Shown piece after piece: positions 26,072 to 36,157 of a stretch of 64,000 nucleotides of DNA. The stretch's first letter is position 1. Each line of letters begins with the position of its first letter. The translations under genes were made by a program, and so were the position numbers. The notes beneath the pieces are model-generated. The model saw nothing but the letters and a program-made list of their open reading frames with translations. It made no database searches and was not told the DNA's origin. Source of the stretch: an uncultured bacterium (lineage in GTDB: Bacteria; Actinomycetota; Acidimicrobiia; Spongiisociales; UBA5794); assembly GCA_963801165.1 (NCBI GenBank), contig CAWDDT010000005.1, positions 544,001 to 608,000 of the forward strand. The letters run 5' to 3'.

Positions 26072-27007
26072 CTATCTCGGGGTGCGGTACCAGTCGAGCG
26101 AGGTGCGGACCGCCTCGCCGAGCGGGGTGGCCGGGAACGGGCCGAAGACCGTCTGGTACTTGGTGTCGTCGGCGACGAAGTCCTCCGTCCACTGGTACGC
26201 GATCTCCAGACTCTCGCGCGAGATGCGATGGAACGGCGCCAGCATCCGCAGCATGTTCTTGGTGACCACGCCGGTCTTCAGCTCCGTCGGAACCTCCGCG
26301 TTGACGGTAGCGAGAAACTCTGCACCGGTTGGGGCGGGTGCGTGCGGGAGGATCCACGTCTCTCCGTCGGCCTTCGACTCGTCGCCCAATGTGACGAAGG
26401 CGCGGGCGATGTCCGGTAGGTACGCAACCGAGTGTTTCCGATCGAGGCGCCCCATCCACCTAGCGGTTTTGCCTGCGGCGGCAGGGGCGATGGCGAGGGC
26501 GGTGATCCCGCTGTTGTCCGCCGCCGGCCCGAAGTAATCGGACGCCCTGCCAATGGCGACTCGAACCCGGCCCGTGTCGTTGGCGCGACGCAGGGTCTTT
26601 GCCATGGCGGCCCGTACGTCGCCCTTCTTGGTGCCACCCATTTCTGCGAGGTCTTCGGTCAGGGTGGTTGCACCCGGGCCGTACATGTAGAGGTTGTCAA
26701 CGATCACCAGTTTGGAGCCGGTCGCGGCGACCGCATCGAGCACGGTGTCGAGCATGTGAGGGAACTCCTGCGGCCACCGGTGGTACGGAGGTTGTGCGGC
26801 GAGATACACGACTGTTGCCCCGGCGACCGCCGCCGCGGCGCCGTCCGGGGTGGTGATGTCGGCCGCTAGTCGGATGACACCCTCCGGACCCTGGGAGTCG
26901 CCGCCTCGGTTGACGGCACGGACCTGGTGGTCGCTGGCGGCCAGTGCCCGCACGATGGCGCTCCCGGCACCGCCGCTCCCGCCGAGGACGACATGCATAT
27001 CGTTCAT
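26072..27007 (-). CDS. NAD-dependent epimerase/dehydratase-family protein
   Basis: HVVLGGSGGAG, DNLYMYG, RASDYFGP; AAGGAG SD. Confidence 0.9.
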   Translation of the reverse strand: MNDMHVVLGGSGGAGSAIVRALAASDHQVRAVNRGGDSQGPEGVIRLAADITTPDGAAAAVAGATVVYLAAQPPYHRWPQEFPHMLDTVLDAVAATGSKLVIVDNLYMYGPGATTLTEDLAEMGGTKKGDVRAAMAKTLRRANDTGRVRVAIGRASDYFGPAADNSGITALAIAPAAAGKTARWMGRLDRKHSVAYLPDIARAFVTLGDESKADGETWILPHAPAPTGAEFLATVNAEVPTELKTGVVTKNMLRMLAPFHRISRESLEIAYQWTEDFVADDTKYQTVFGPFPATPLGEAVRTSLDWYRTPR

Positions 27008-27020
27008 GGTCTTCTCCTTC

Positions 27021-27069
27021 TGCGAACACCGTTCACTGTTCTTCATACAATATGCGAACAGTGTTCGCA
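27021..27069. promoter_or_regulatory. Candidate TetR operators
   Basis: Perfect palindrome TGCGAACA-G-TGTTCGCA (27053-27069) and degenerate copy TGCGAACACCGTTCACT (27021-27037) between the divergent genes. Confidence 0.7.
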
Positions 27070-27118
27070 CTGTCAAGAGTGTTTGCACCTCATGCGGATG
27101 GAAGCCACACTGGTGGCG

Positions 27119-27796
27119 ATGACGACACGACGCGAGCGGCTCCGAGCAGCGACCATCACCGAGATAAAGCAGGCGGCGCTCGAACAGATCGCCGCGGTCG
27201 GCGCACCCGCTCTGTCGCTGCGGGGAGTGGCCCGGGCAATCGGAATGAGCCCGGCCGGCCTGTATCGGTACTACGGCGGTCGCGATGCTCTGCTGACCGA
27301 TCTGATTACCGACGCCTACAACGCTCTTGCGGATGCGGTCGAGGCCGGGATGGGTGCTGCCGTGGGATCGCCGCGGGACCGGTTCGCTGCGGGAATCCGG
27401 GCCTACCGCGCCTGGTGCCTCGACCATCCGAACCAGTTCTTGCTCATCTTCGGAACGCCGATCCCTGGCTATGCCGCCCCCGAGGGTGGCCCCACGGTCG
27501 CTGCCAACCAGCGGATGGGAGAGGCCTTCTTCATGGTTGCCATCGAGGCGTGGCGGCATGGTGCGATGCGGGCGTTGGCCCCGGTACGGCCGCCTGTGGA
27601 AGGTGAAGTAGCTCTGGCGGCGCAGATAGATCCGGAGTTACCGCCCACCCTGATCGGGGTCTTGCTGGGGACCTGGGCCCAATTTCACGGTCTGATCACC
27701 CTGGAAGTGCTCGGTCAGCTCGACTGGATCTACGACGACGTCACGGTCTTCTTCGAGAGCGAGATTGCACGGTTGCTCGACGGGCTTGGCCTGTAG
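27119..27796 (+). CDS. TetR/AcrR-family regulator (WHG-like C-terminal domain)
   Basis: LSLRGVARAIGMSPAGLYRYY HTH; YRAWCLDHP, WAQFHGLITLE. Confidence 0.92.
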   Translation: MTTRRERLRAATITEIKQAALEQIAAVGAPALSLRGVARAIGMSPAGLYRYYGGRDALLTDLITDAYNALADAVEAGMGAAVGSPRDRFAAGIRAYRAWCLDHPNQFLLIFGTPIPGYAAPEGGPTVAANQRMGEAFFMVAIEAWRHGAMRALAPVRPPVEGEVALAAQIDPELPPTLIGVLLGTWAQFHGLITLEVLGQLDWIYDDVTVFFESEIARLLDGLGL

Positions 27797-27823
27797 CGGC
27801 TCCGCCGCCGAGTCGGGACGGCA

Positions 27824-30016
27824 TCAACCGCCCCCGCCACCGCCCCCGTCACCGGGAGGGGGTTCGGCCGGGGTGACGATGCCGATGTCGACGGTCACCA
27901 CCGAGCCGTCGTCGACCATCGCCCCCACGTCGGGGTTCTGGGCCGCGACCTTGCCCTCGAGACCGGAATCGGGCGGCACCTCGACCGTGCCGGCTACATT
28001 CAGGGTCAACCCCACGTCGAGCAGAGCCGATCGTGCCTCGTCCTCGGTCTTGCCCGTGAGATCCGGCACCTCTACCTGGAGGATGACGCCGAGCCTGACA
28101 TGAATCTCGTCACCAAACGCGACCTGGGTGCCTGCGGACGGGGTCTGGGCCGCGATCATGCCGACCAGACCGCTGTCCTTGGTGACCTCCACGGTCTCCG
28201 AATCAACGACCAGAGTGAGTCCCCGCTCGGAAGCGAGCGCCTGCGCTTCGGGGATCGACCGCCCGGTGAGGTCGGGGAGCGGGAACGGCTCGGGCCCCTT
28301 GGATACGTACACAGTCACCGTCGCATCGCGTTGGGCCAGTTGGTTGGCCGCCGGCTCGGTGCGGATCACAAACCCTTCCAGCATCTCGTTGTCGAAGTCC
28401 TCGGCGACGACGATATCGGTGAAGCCGAGCCTGGTCAGCTCCTCCTGAGCGGTCGTCTGTGCCACGCCTTCCAGAGACGGCATGGCGAGGAACCTCGGCC
28501 CGCTCGAGACGACCAGATCTATCTTTGTGCCCGGAGCGGCCTGGGTACCCGCCGGGAGCGACTGGGTGATGACGACGCCTTCGTCGAAGTCCTGGCTGTC
28601 GCGTAGGGTCTCCTCACCGACGACAAACCCGGAGTCGGACAGTGTCTGTCGTGCCACCTCGATGTCGAGATTGGTCACGTTGGGGATCGGGAACTGCTCA
28701 GGCCCGGAAGACACCACCAACGTCACCTTGGTTCCCGGCTCCACCTGCTCACCCTCGGGAGGCTCGGAGCGGATCACGATGTCCTCGGCGACCTCGGCGC
28801 TGGTCTCTTCCCGGAAGAAGATCTGCAGCCCGTTCTGCTGGAGGAGATCCGACGCCGCGTTGCGATCGAGCCCGGCGAGCGTTGGCACGGCCACCAGGGT
28901 TGGTGCCGTCGGCTCGTTCGTTCCGGAGACCAGCTGCCACAACATGAACGATCCGATCAACAACAAGCCGATGAGCCCGACGATGGCCAGGATGTAGCTG
29001 GTTTGGCTGCGCTCCTTGTCCGGGTACTGGGCGATGTGACGACCGGTCTGGTCGGGCGTGGCGGTCGGGGGCGGCGCGGGGCTGGCCATGAGGCGCGTCT
29101 GGGCGGTCGGTTCCTGAGGCAGGGACCGGGGAGGAGCAGCGGCCGCAGCCACGGCTTCGTGCTCGATGGTCATCTGATGGGCGACCGTCATCTCGCCCCG
29201 CAGATATCGCAAGAGGTCGGCGCGCATCTCCTCGGCCGTCTGGTAGCGGTCGTTGGGATCCTTCTCCATCGCTCGCTCGACGACTGCCTCGAGCCCGGCG
29301 GGCACGTCGGGGTTGATCCCGCTCGGAGGAGGCGCAAACTCGGCGACATGCTGGTAGGCCACCGCGACGGGGCTCTCCCCGGTGAACGGCGCCTGTCCGC
29401 ACAACAACTCGTAGAGGACCACGCCGAGCGAGTAGATGTCGGAGCGGGCATCGGCGGGAAGACCCTGCGCCTGTTCGGGGCTGAAGTAAGTCGCGGTACC
29501 GATAACCGCCCCGGTGCGGGTCAGCTCCTCGGAATCATCGAGAGCACGGGCGATACCGAAGTCTGTGACCTTCACAGTCCCGTCCGCCGTCAGCATGATG
29601 TTGCCCGGCTTTATGTCGCGGTGGTAGACACCCGCCTGGTGGGCCACCGTCAGGGCGGCCGCCGTCTCTGCGGCGATCTCGGCGGCTCGCCGGGGCAGCA
29701 GCATGCCCTCGGAGCGGCGAACGTCGCGCAGAGTCCGGCCGTGGATCAACTCCATCACCATGAAGTACGTGTCCTCATGGCTGCCAAAGTCGTAGATGCT
29801 GACGATGTTGGGGTGGTTGAGGCCGGCGGCGTTCTGCGCCTCACGGCGGAACCGCGCCACGAACGCATCGTCCCTGGCGAACTGTGGGTGCAGGATCTTC
29901 ACCGCGACGCGTCGACCCAGGGAGATGTCCTCTGCGGAGAAGACGTCTCCCATACCCCCTCGGGCGAGATGCCCGGTAATCCGGTAGCGGCCTGCGAGTA
30001 CGCGTTCGTCAGTCAC
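27824..30016 (-). CDS. pknB: Ser/Thr protein kinase PknB with PASTA domains
   Basis: ARGGMG, VAVK, HRDIKPGN, DFGIA, YFSPEQ; TM helix; about five PASTA repeats. Confidence 0.95.
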   Translation of the reverse strand: MTDERVLAGRYRITGHLARGGMGDVFSAEDISLGRRVAVKILHPQFARDDAFVARFRREAQNAAGLNHPNIVSIYDFGSHEDTYFMVMELIHGRTLRDVRRSEGMLLPRRAAEIAAETAAALTVAHQAGVYHRDIKPGNIMLTADGTVKVTDFGIARALDDSEELTRTGAVIGTATYFSPEQAQGLPADARSDIYSLGVVLYELLCGQAPFTGESPVAVAYQHVAEFAPPPSGINPDVPAGLEAVVERAMEKDPNDRYQTAEEMRADLLRYLRGEMTVAHQMTIEHEAVAAAAAPPRSLPQEPTAQTRLMASPAPPPTATPDQTGRHIAQYPDKERSQTSYILAIVGLIGLLLIGSFMLWQLVSGTNEPTAPTLVAVPTLAGLDRNAASDLLQQNGLQIFFREETSAEVAEDIVIRSEPPEGEQVEPGTKVTLVVSSGPEQFPIPNVTNLDIEVARQTLSDSGFVVGEETLRDSQDFDEGVVITQSLPAGTQAAPGTKIDLVVSSGPRFLAMPSLEGVAQTTAQEELTRLGFTDIVVAEDFDNEMLEGFVIRTEPAANQLAQRDATVTVYVSKGPEPFPLPDLTGRSIPEAQALASERGLTLVVDSETVEVTKDSGLVGMIAAQTPSAGTQVAFGDEIHVRLGVILQVEVPDLTGKTEDEARSALLDVGLTLNVAGTVEVPPDSGLEGKVAAQNPDVGAMVDDGSVVTVDIGIVTPAEPPPGDGGGGGGG

Positions 30017-30064
30017 GAGGGGGAATGGTAACGATGCTGGGGGGTACGAGTGTCATAGTCCGGT

Positions 30065-31546
30065 TCAATTGTCTTCCTGTCCAATTCCAAAGAATGCCGA
30101 GAACACCTTCTGAGCTATCGGTGCGGCCACGGTCCCACCTGTAGCTGCCTCCCCGGCGTCACCTCCCGACTCGACGAGCACCGCGATCGCTATTTGCGGG
30201 TCGCCGACGTCCGGCTCGACAGGCCCGAAACCGACGAACCAGGCATGCGGCGCCGCATCGGGGACCTCGGCGGTCCCGGTCTTACCCGCGATCCGGATGC
30301 CCGGCACCGACGCCCGTCGCCCGGTACCCGAGGTGACCACGCTCTCCATCAGACCCGTGAGCGCAGTCGAGGTTGCCGGGCTCATCGCCCGCACCCATAC
30401 CGACGGCTCGGTCGACTGCTCGACGAGACCCTCCGAGTTGAAGACCTCCTGTACGAGGTAGGGGACCATGATCTCACCGTTGTTGGCGACGGCCGCGGCG
30501 GTGAGCGCCATCTCGAGCGGGGTGGCAAGCACGTCGCGTTGGCCGATCGCCGACTGCGCCACCCCGGGCACGTCGAACTCGAAGGTGCTCGCAGCGGGGA
30601 TGGTTGATTCAATGGACCGCAGCTCAAAGGGGACCTCGCTGTTGAATCCGAACGACTCGGCGGTATCGACCAGCTGCTCGGCACCGACCGACATGCCGAG
30701 CATTCCGAAGATCGTGTTACACGAGTTGGTGAACGCCCGTGACAGCGGCACCTCGGCACCGGAGCCGCAGGCTTTCCCATCGAAGTTGCTGATGGTGGCG
30801 GTCGACCCGGGAAGCTCGAGCTCGACCGGGTTGGGAAACGGCGTTTCCGCGGAGGCAACACCGGATTCGAGGGCGGCGGCTGTGGTTATCAACTTGAACG
30901 TCGACCCCGGAGGGTACGACGCCGCTATGGCGCGGTTCAGCAGCGGCTGGTCGGGGTCGTCCTCGAGGGCAGTGCCGGTGGGTCCGGCGTCGCCGCCGGT
31001 CAGTGTGTTCGGATCGAAGTCCGGGGTCGAGACCATGGCGAGGATCGCCCCGGTGGCCGGGTCGAGGGCAACCACCGCGCCCCGCTGATCACCGAGTGCC
31101 TCGCGGGCGACGGTCTGCAGATCATGCTCGACGGTGAGGCGGAGCCCGCGAGGGCGAACGTCGCCGCCGAACAGCGCACTGAGAACACCCGAGATGGTGG
31201 CGTCACGGTAGGACACGAGATCATCGGCCCGGGTCGACTCGAGACCGTGGCTGCCAAAGAGAAGGGTCGTGTAGCCGATCGTTTGGGAGTACAACGATCC
31301 CTCCGGGTATGTCCTCCGAAACGACAACGGGTCCGCCGGATCGGCAATCGACTCCGCAACCACGACACCGTCGGCGGTGATGATGGTTCCGCGCTCCCTT
31401 CCATTCTGGCTGGTGGCAACCCGAACGTTGCGTGGATCGTCGCGGTAGTCGGGCCCAACAATCACCTGGTGGTACGTGACGGCACCGACGAGAACCGCAA
31501 ACAAGGCGAAGACTGCGCTGGCGAGCACGCGTATCGGCCGGTTCAT
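30065..31546 (-). CDS. pbpA: Penicillin-binding protein A (class B transpeptidase)
   Basis: STFK, SCN and KTG motifs; between rodA and pknB. Confidence 0.93.
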   Translation of the reverse strand: MNRPIRVLASAVFALFAVLVGAVTYHQVIVGPDYRDDPRNVRVATSQNGRERGTIITADGVVVAESIADPADPLSFRRTYPEGSLYSQTIGYTTLLFGSHGLESTRADDLVSYRDATISGVLSALFGGDVRPRGLRLTVEHDLQTVAREALGDQRGAVVALDPATGAILAMVSTPDFDPNTLTGGDAGPTGTALEDDPDQPLLNRAIAASYPPGSTFKLITTAAALESGVASAETPFPNPVELELPGSTATISNFDGKACGSGAEVPLSRAFTNSCNTIFGMLGMSVGAEQLVDTAESFGFNSEVPFELRSIESTIPAASTFEFDVPGVAQSAIGQRDVLATPLEMALTAAAVANNGEIMVPYLVQEVFNSEGLVEQSTEPSVWVRAMSPATSTALTGLMESVVTSGTGRRASVPGIRIAGKTGTAEVPDAAPHAWFVGFGPVEPDVGDPQIAIAVLVESGGDAGEAATGGTVAAPIAQKVFSAFFGIGQEDN

Positions 31547-32838
31547 GTCCGCTCCCCGTGCGAGGCGCGCACCAACAACGCCACCAGGACCATGTTGGCG
31601 AGCAGTGACGATCCCCCGTAGGACATGAACGGCAGTGTTATGCCCGTGACCGGGAACAGCCGCAGTACGCCCGCGAGGATCAGACAGGCCTGGACCGCAA
31701 GCACGGTCGTGAGGCCGAACGCCAGGAACTTGCGGAACACGTCGCGGGAGCGTAGGGCAATGCCATACCCGGCAGCAGCGATCAGGGCATAGGCCGCCAG
31801 TACCGCGATAGAGCCCGCAAACCCCATCTCCTCGGCTACCGAAGCAAATATGAAATCGGTCGCAGCAGCCGGGATCAGGTCGGGCCGGCCCAAACCGAGC
31901 CCGCTGCCGGTCAGTGATCCGCTCCCCATAGCGAAGAGGCCCTGGATGGTCTGATAGCCGGCGTCGGCGAAATCGTTGAACGGGTGTAGCCAGGCAAACA
32001 CCCGGCGCTGGACGTGTGTGAAATGCTGGTAGGCGAACATGCCGCCGCCCGCGATCAGCAGAAGGCCGGTGACCAGGTAGGTCGCCCTGCCGGTCGCCAC
32101 GTAGACCATGCTGATGAACAGCACGAACAGGAGCAGGGACGCACCGAGATCTCGCTGATAGACCAGGACCGCAAAGCTGGCACCGGCTGCGATGAGGATA
32201 GGGCCGAGCTGGCGCGGCTCGGGGAGCCGGATCGGGCCGAGCTTGCGGCCGGTGGTGGACATTGCCAGGTGGCGATCGGCGAGATAGGAGGCGAGGAAGA
32301 TGACGAGCAGGACCTTGGCAACCTCACCGGGTTGAAAGCTGAGCGAGCGGGACCCGACGGGTATGTCGAGACGGACCCAGAGCCGGGAGCCGTTGATCTC
32401 CGCTCCGTGCAGCGGCCACGACTCGGGTAGCAGCGGCAGCAGCAGCAGGATCACCGCACCGGCGAGGAACAGGTAGCGGTAACGTCGGAGCATGCTCACG
32501 CCTTCGTCGCGCAGAAGGACGAGAACCGCGACCGTCACCGCGGCGGCGAGCAGCAGCGACCAGCGTTGAATCGATGCGAGGTCCGTGTCGAGTCGGTAGA
32601 TCTCGGTGAAGCCGATGGCGGTGAGAAAGGCGGCGATCGGGAATAGATACGGGTTGCCTTCGGGTGCCCACCGCCGCAGCGCCATGTGGATCGACCCGAA
32701 GCTGAAGGCAAAGACGAGGAACGTCAACGCCACCTGCGCATCGAAGCCGCGGCCACCGGCAAAGTTGACCAGGGCAACGCCCATCGAGGCAACTACGGAA
32801 GCGGCGGCCAGCAAGGCCGCCTCGGCGTTCCTGGTCAC
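31543..32838 (-). CDS. rodA: SEDS-family protein RodA
   Basis: Multi-TM; SFQPGEVAK, DLG, TDFIF, TGITLPFMSYGGSS. Confidence 0.93.
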   Translation of the reverse strand: MTRNAEAALLAAASVVASMGVALVNFAGGRGFDAQVALTFLVFAFSFGSIHMALRRWAPEGNPYLFPIAAFLTAIGFTEIYRLDTDLASIQRWSLLLAAAVTVAVLVLLRDEGVSMLRRYRYLFLAGAVILLLLPLLPESWPLHGAEINGSRLWVRLDIPVGSRSLSFQPGEVAKVLLVIFLASYLADRHLAMSTTGRKLGPIRLPEPRQLGPILIAAGASFAVLVYQRDLGASLLLFVLFISMVYVATGRATYLVTGLLLIAGGGMFAYQHFTHVQRRVFAWLHPFNDFADAGYQTIQGLFAMGSGSLTGSGLGLGRPDLIPAAATDFIFASVAEEMGFAGSIAVLAAYALIAAAGYGIALRSRDVFRKFLAFGLTTVLAVQACLILAGVLRLFPVTGITLPFMSYGGSSLLANMVLVALLVRASHGERT

Positions 32839-33554
32839 GAGGAGACGTCGACGACTGCGACGGTCGTGTTGTCGACGCCGCCGGCCGCGTTGGCGGCTTC
32901 GACCAGCGACCACGCTGCCTCGGAAGGGGATGAGGCGCGTCGCGAGATGGCTTCGATGGTTGCATCGGACAGCATGGAATTGAGACCATCCGAGCAGATG
33001 ATCACCCGATCGTCCGGTTGCAGCTCGAGGTCGATCTCATCGACATCGACCGCGGAGGTGCCAATGACCCTGGTCACCAGGTTGCGGCGGGGATGGGTCT
33101 TGGCTTGCTCGGCGGTGATCTTGCCCATGGCAACGAGATCGGCAACGAGCGTGTGGTCTCTGGTGATTTGCCGAAGCTCGCCGGACCGCAGCAGATAGAG
33201 ACGGCTGTCCCCGATATGGGCAATGCCTGCGGTGCCATCGGGCAGGAAATGGCCCAGGGTGAGCGTCGTTCCCATACCGGAGAGGTTGTAGTCGCCCTCG
33301 ACAGCTCTCATGACCGCGTCGTTGCCCAGCCGTACCCTATCGCCCGGGGTGATGTCCGAGTCGGTCCCGGGCGCGACCGCGGCGTCGATGGCGATGCGTG
33401 AGGCGACTTCGCCGGCTACCGCACCGCCCATCCCGTCTGCGACCGCGACGATGACCGGCTCGTCGGTAGAGCCATCGGTGGTCGGGCGTACCGAGTCTTC
33501 ATTGCCGGTGCGAACAAGCCCGATGTGTGTTGCACTAGCCCAGGTGTATCTCAT
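32835..33554 (-). CDS. pstP: PP2C-family Ser/Thr phosphatase
   Basis: GLVRTGNED, VADGMGG, HIGDSR, CSDGL, GGVDNTT; no C-terminal TM. Confidence 0.92.
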   Translation of the reverse strand: MRYTWASATHIGLVRTGNEDSVRPTTDGSTDEPVIVAVADGMGGAVAGEVASRIAIDAAVAPGTDSDITPGDRVRLGNDAVMRAVEGDYNLSGMGTTLTLGHFLPDGTAGIAHIGDSRLYLLRSGELRQITRDHTLVADLVAMGKITAEQAKTHPRRNLVTRVIGTSAVDVDEIDLELQPDDRVIICSDGLNSMLSDATIEAISRRASSPSEAAWSLVEAANAAGGVDNTTVAVVDVSS

Positions 33555-33723
33555 CACTCCACCCTGTTGCCGCCGGGTTGCCGGGGTCAACATATCGCCA
33601 AATCGAGATTGTGCCGGTACCCGGGAGCATACGCAACGACGCTGACGTGGTGCCCGGACTCAAGGACGGACGACACAGGCCGACAGTATGACATATAGGG
33701 TCGTATAGGAAGGTGTTGTTCCG

Positions 33724-35046
33724 ATGACCTTTGTGCCGCATTCCTGGAGGCAAGCAAGGGGGGGTTCCAACCCCGGCGATGCGGCGCGCCCTGGCAACCA
33801 GATTCATCCCGACGAGCTCTCGATGCTGCTCCGGATAACCGACGCGTGCTCGTCGGGGTCCAGTGTCGATAAAATCCTCGATTCGCTATATGACGAGATA
33901 CAAGCCCTGATCCCCTTCGACCGGCTCGAATACGCCGTCATCGACGACACCGGGCATACGCTGACCACGAAATGGTTCCGTGCGACGTACGACTCGGTGC
34001 TCCTGCCAATCGGAACCTCGTTTCGTCGGAGTCAGAGCGTCGCCACGGAGCCGAAATACCGGGTCACGACCATCGACAACGACATGCCTACCTATGCGCT
34101 GGATCGGCCGGCCAACCATCCGGTTTCTCTCCTTGTCCGCGAGGGCATCAAGTCGTCGCTGAGCTGCCCCCTCATCGTCGATGACGAGATGAAGGGCTTC
34201 CTCTTCTTCAACTGGCGCCGGCACGACGGGTACACGAAGCACCATGCCGATCTGATCCAACTGATCGCCGGGCACCTTGCCTCGGTGATCGAGCAGAGCC
34301 GGCTCAACGAGCAGCTCCAGGAGCGCAACGATCGTCTTCAGGAGTTGGAGCAATCGCGGCTCGAGTTCATCGCTTCGATCAGCCACGAGTTACGTACCCC
34401 GCTCACCGCCGTCGTTGGGTTTGCGTCGGAGATGCAGGATCGGGTGGGGGACTTCTCACCCGAGGAGCTGCGCCAGTTCGCCGGCGTCATTGCGGCACAG
34501 AGCAATGAGGTGGCGGGCATCGTGGAGGATTTGCTCGTTATCACCCGAGCCGAGGCGGGGCATCTCGCCGTGAACCCCGGGCCTGTGAACGTCGGGCTGG
34601 AGCTGAATGCCATACGTGCGTCCCTTCCAGACGACCGACCACAGCAGCGTCTGACCCTGGGTCTCAGCGAGGTAGTGGCCTGGGCCGATCCGCTCCGGGT
34701 GCGCCAGATCCTACGCAACCTGCTCTCGAACGCACAGCGTTACGGCGGCGACGACGTCAGGGTCTCGGTGACGGGATCGGATGAGCACGTTGCTGTTGTC
34801 GTTGCCGACGACGGGCCCGGCATTCCGGAGAGTGACCGTGAGGTTGTCTTCCAGGCGTACGGGCGGTCACACAGGTCTGAGAGCAAACCGGGGTCGATCG
34901 GGCTCGGTCTGACGGTATCCCGTTATCTTGCGGAGGCCATGGAAGGGAGTCTCGAGTACGAGCGGGCAGACGGCCTGACCCGGTTCCGCTTGACGCTACC
35001 TCGATACAATCCCGGTTCGAGCAGGTTCGAGCGGCGCTCTATCTGA
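33724..35046 (+). CDS. GAF-domain sensor histidine kinase (orphan)
   Basis: GAF (SSLSCPL), SHELRTPLT H-box, NLLSNA, DDGPGI, GLGL. Start codon uncertain. Confidence 0.9.
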   Translation: MTFVPHSWRQARGGSNPGDAARPGNQIHPDELSMLLRITDACSSGSSVDKILDSLYDEIQALIPFDRLEYAVIDDTGHTLTTKWFRATYDSVLLPIGTSFRRSQSVATEPKYRVTTIDNDMPTYALDRPANHPVSLLVREGIKSSLSCPLIVDDEMKGFLFFNWRRHDGYTKHHADLIQLIAGHLASVIEQSRLNEQLQERNDRLQELEQSRLEFIASISHELRTPLTAVVGFASEMQDRVGDFSPEELRQFAGVIAAQSNEVAGIVEDLLVITRAEAGHLAVNPGPVNVGLELNAIRASLPDDRPQQRLTLGLSEVVAWADPLRVRQILRNLLSNAQRYGGDDVRVSVTGSDEHVAVVVADDGPGIPESDREVVFQAYGRSHRSESKPGSIGLGLTVSRYLAEAMEGSLEYERADGLTRFRLTLPRYNPGSSRFERRSI

Positions 35047-35452
35047 CCTCGAGGATCGTCTTGCCGATCTGCACCGCATCGCCCTTCTGAAGCGACGTCG
35101 GCACCGTCACCCTACGCCCGTTTACATACGTGCCGTTGGTTGAGCCGAGGTCGCTCAGCACCACCCCATCGTCCTGAACACCGATCCGGACGTGGAACTC
35201 GGAGGCATAGGCATCGTCGATGTAGATGTCCGCGTCCTCGCTGCGCCCGAGCACTGCAGGGGCGCCGATCGGGAAGCGCTGGCCGGCGATGGTGTCGGAG
35301 CGAACGACCACCAGCTCGCCTCCCTTCTTGGAGCGGCGCACCGATTGCGAAGGCCCGATGTGCGCACCGATCGACCGGCCTATCTGCCACAGGAACAGGT
35401 AGATCAGTGCGATGAAGATCAGCTTCAGCAGGTTGAGGAACAGAGCGGGCAA
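35039..35452 (-). CDS. fhaB: FHA domain protein FhaB/FipA
   Basis: N-terminal TM; LGR, ASEFH, DLGSTNGT FHA motifs. Confidence 0.88.
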   Translation of the reverse strand: MPALFLNLLKLIFIALIYLFLWQIGRSIGAHIGPSQSVRRSKKGGELVVVRSDTIAGQRFPIGAPAVLGRSEDADIYIDDAYASEFHVRIGVQDDGVVLSDLGSTNGTYVNGRRVTVPTSLQKGDAVQIGKTILEVR

Positions 35453-35460
35453 AATGCTTC

Positions 35461-36123
35461 CTACTCGACTCGTAGCGCGAATGTTGTCGGACCGAACGAC
35501 AGCATATCTCCCGAGCCCACCTCGATGGGTTCCGCCGCGACGTGGGCACCGTTCACCGTAGTCCCGTTGGCGGATCCCAGGTCGGCGAGCCAGAGCCTTC
35601 CTCCCTCACGGAATAGCACGGCTTGCAGGCGGGAGACTTCAGGTGAGTCGATAGCGACATCTGCGTCGTGGGATCGACCGATGGAAACACGGTTGTCGCG
35701 GAGCGGGTAGCGACGATCTCCGCGATGTTCGGCCAGCTCACCCCAGGCAGGGAGCTGTGCGGGGATGGATGCGGCGCTGCATTTTATGGAGCCGCGCCCG
35801 ACGCTGGCGTCGGGATTGAGCCTGACGGAGATCGGTCCTTTGGTACGCCAGCCGCGATCCTCCGCCGTCACCTCGAGCGTGTGGCTCAGCTCTCTCGTCA
35901 ACTCGGCGGTGTTGATGTCCGCCACGATGTCTGCTGCGCTCACCGATACGTCGAAATGGTTTGGGATGCTGGGGCCGGTGGCGTCGTCGGTGACCAGGAG
36001 GTCTGCCTGGCGTACCAGTCGATTGGCGAGATCGACGGGCTGCATCTTGCCGCGAAAGATCGCCGCCGAGAGGCCGTCGGCAAGCCGCTCCAGCCGTCTC
36101 TCCAGGTTGCGTGCGATACCCAC
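35461..36123 (-). CDS. fhaA: FhaA (DUF3662 plus FHA domain)
   Basis: LERRLERLADG..QPVDLA..PN.F; IGR, VSR, DLGSANGT. Confidence 0.9.
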   Translation of the reverse strand: MGIARNLERRLERLADGLSAAIFRGKMQPVDLANRLVRQADLLVTDDATGPSIPNHFDVSVSAADIVADINTAELTRELSHTLEVTAEDRGWRTKGPISVRLNPDASVGRGSIKCSAASIPAQLPAWGELAEHRGDRRYPLRDNRVSIGRSHDADVAIDSPEVSRLQAVLFREGGRLWLADLGSANGTTVNGAHVAAEPIEVGSGDMLSFGPTTFALRVE

Positions 36124-36157
36124 GATCAGGATTGTACGGACGGGCGTGGCTTATGGG

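Noticed and set aside
25231-26419. ORFs with 52-aa repeats crossing the repeat array
   Set aside because: By-product of a GC-rich unit whose length is divisible by 3; they overlap real genes and have no recognisable domain.
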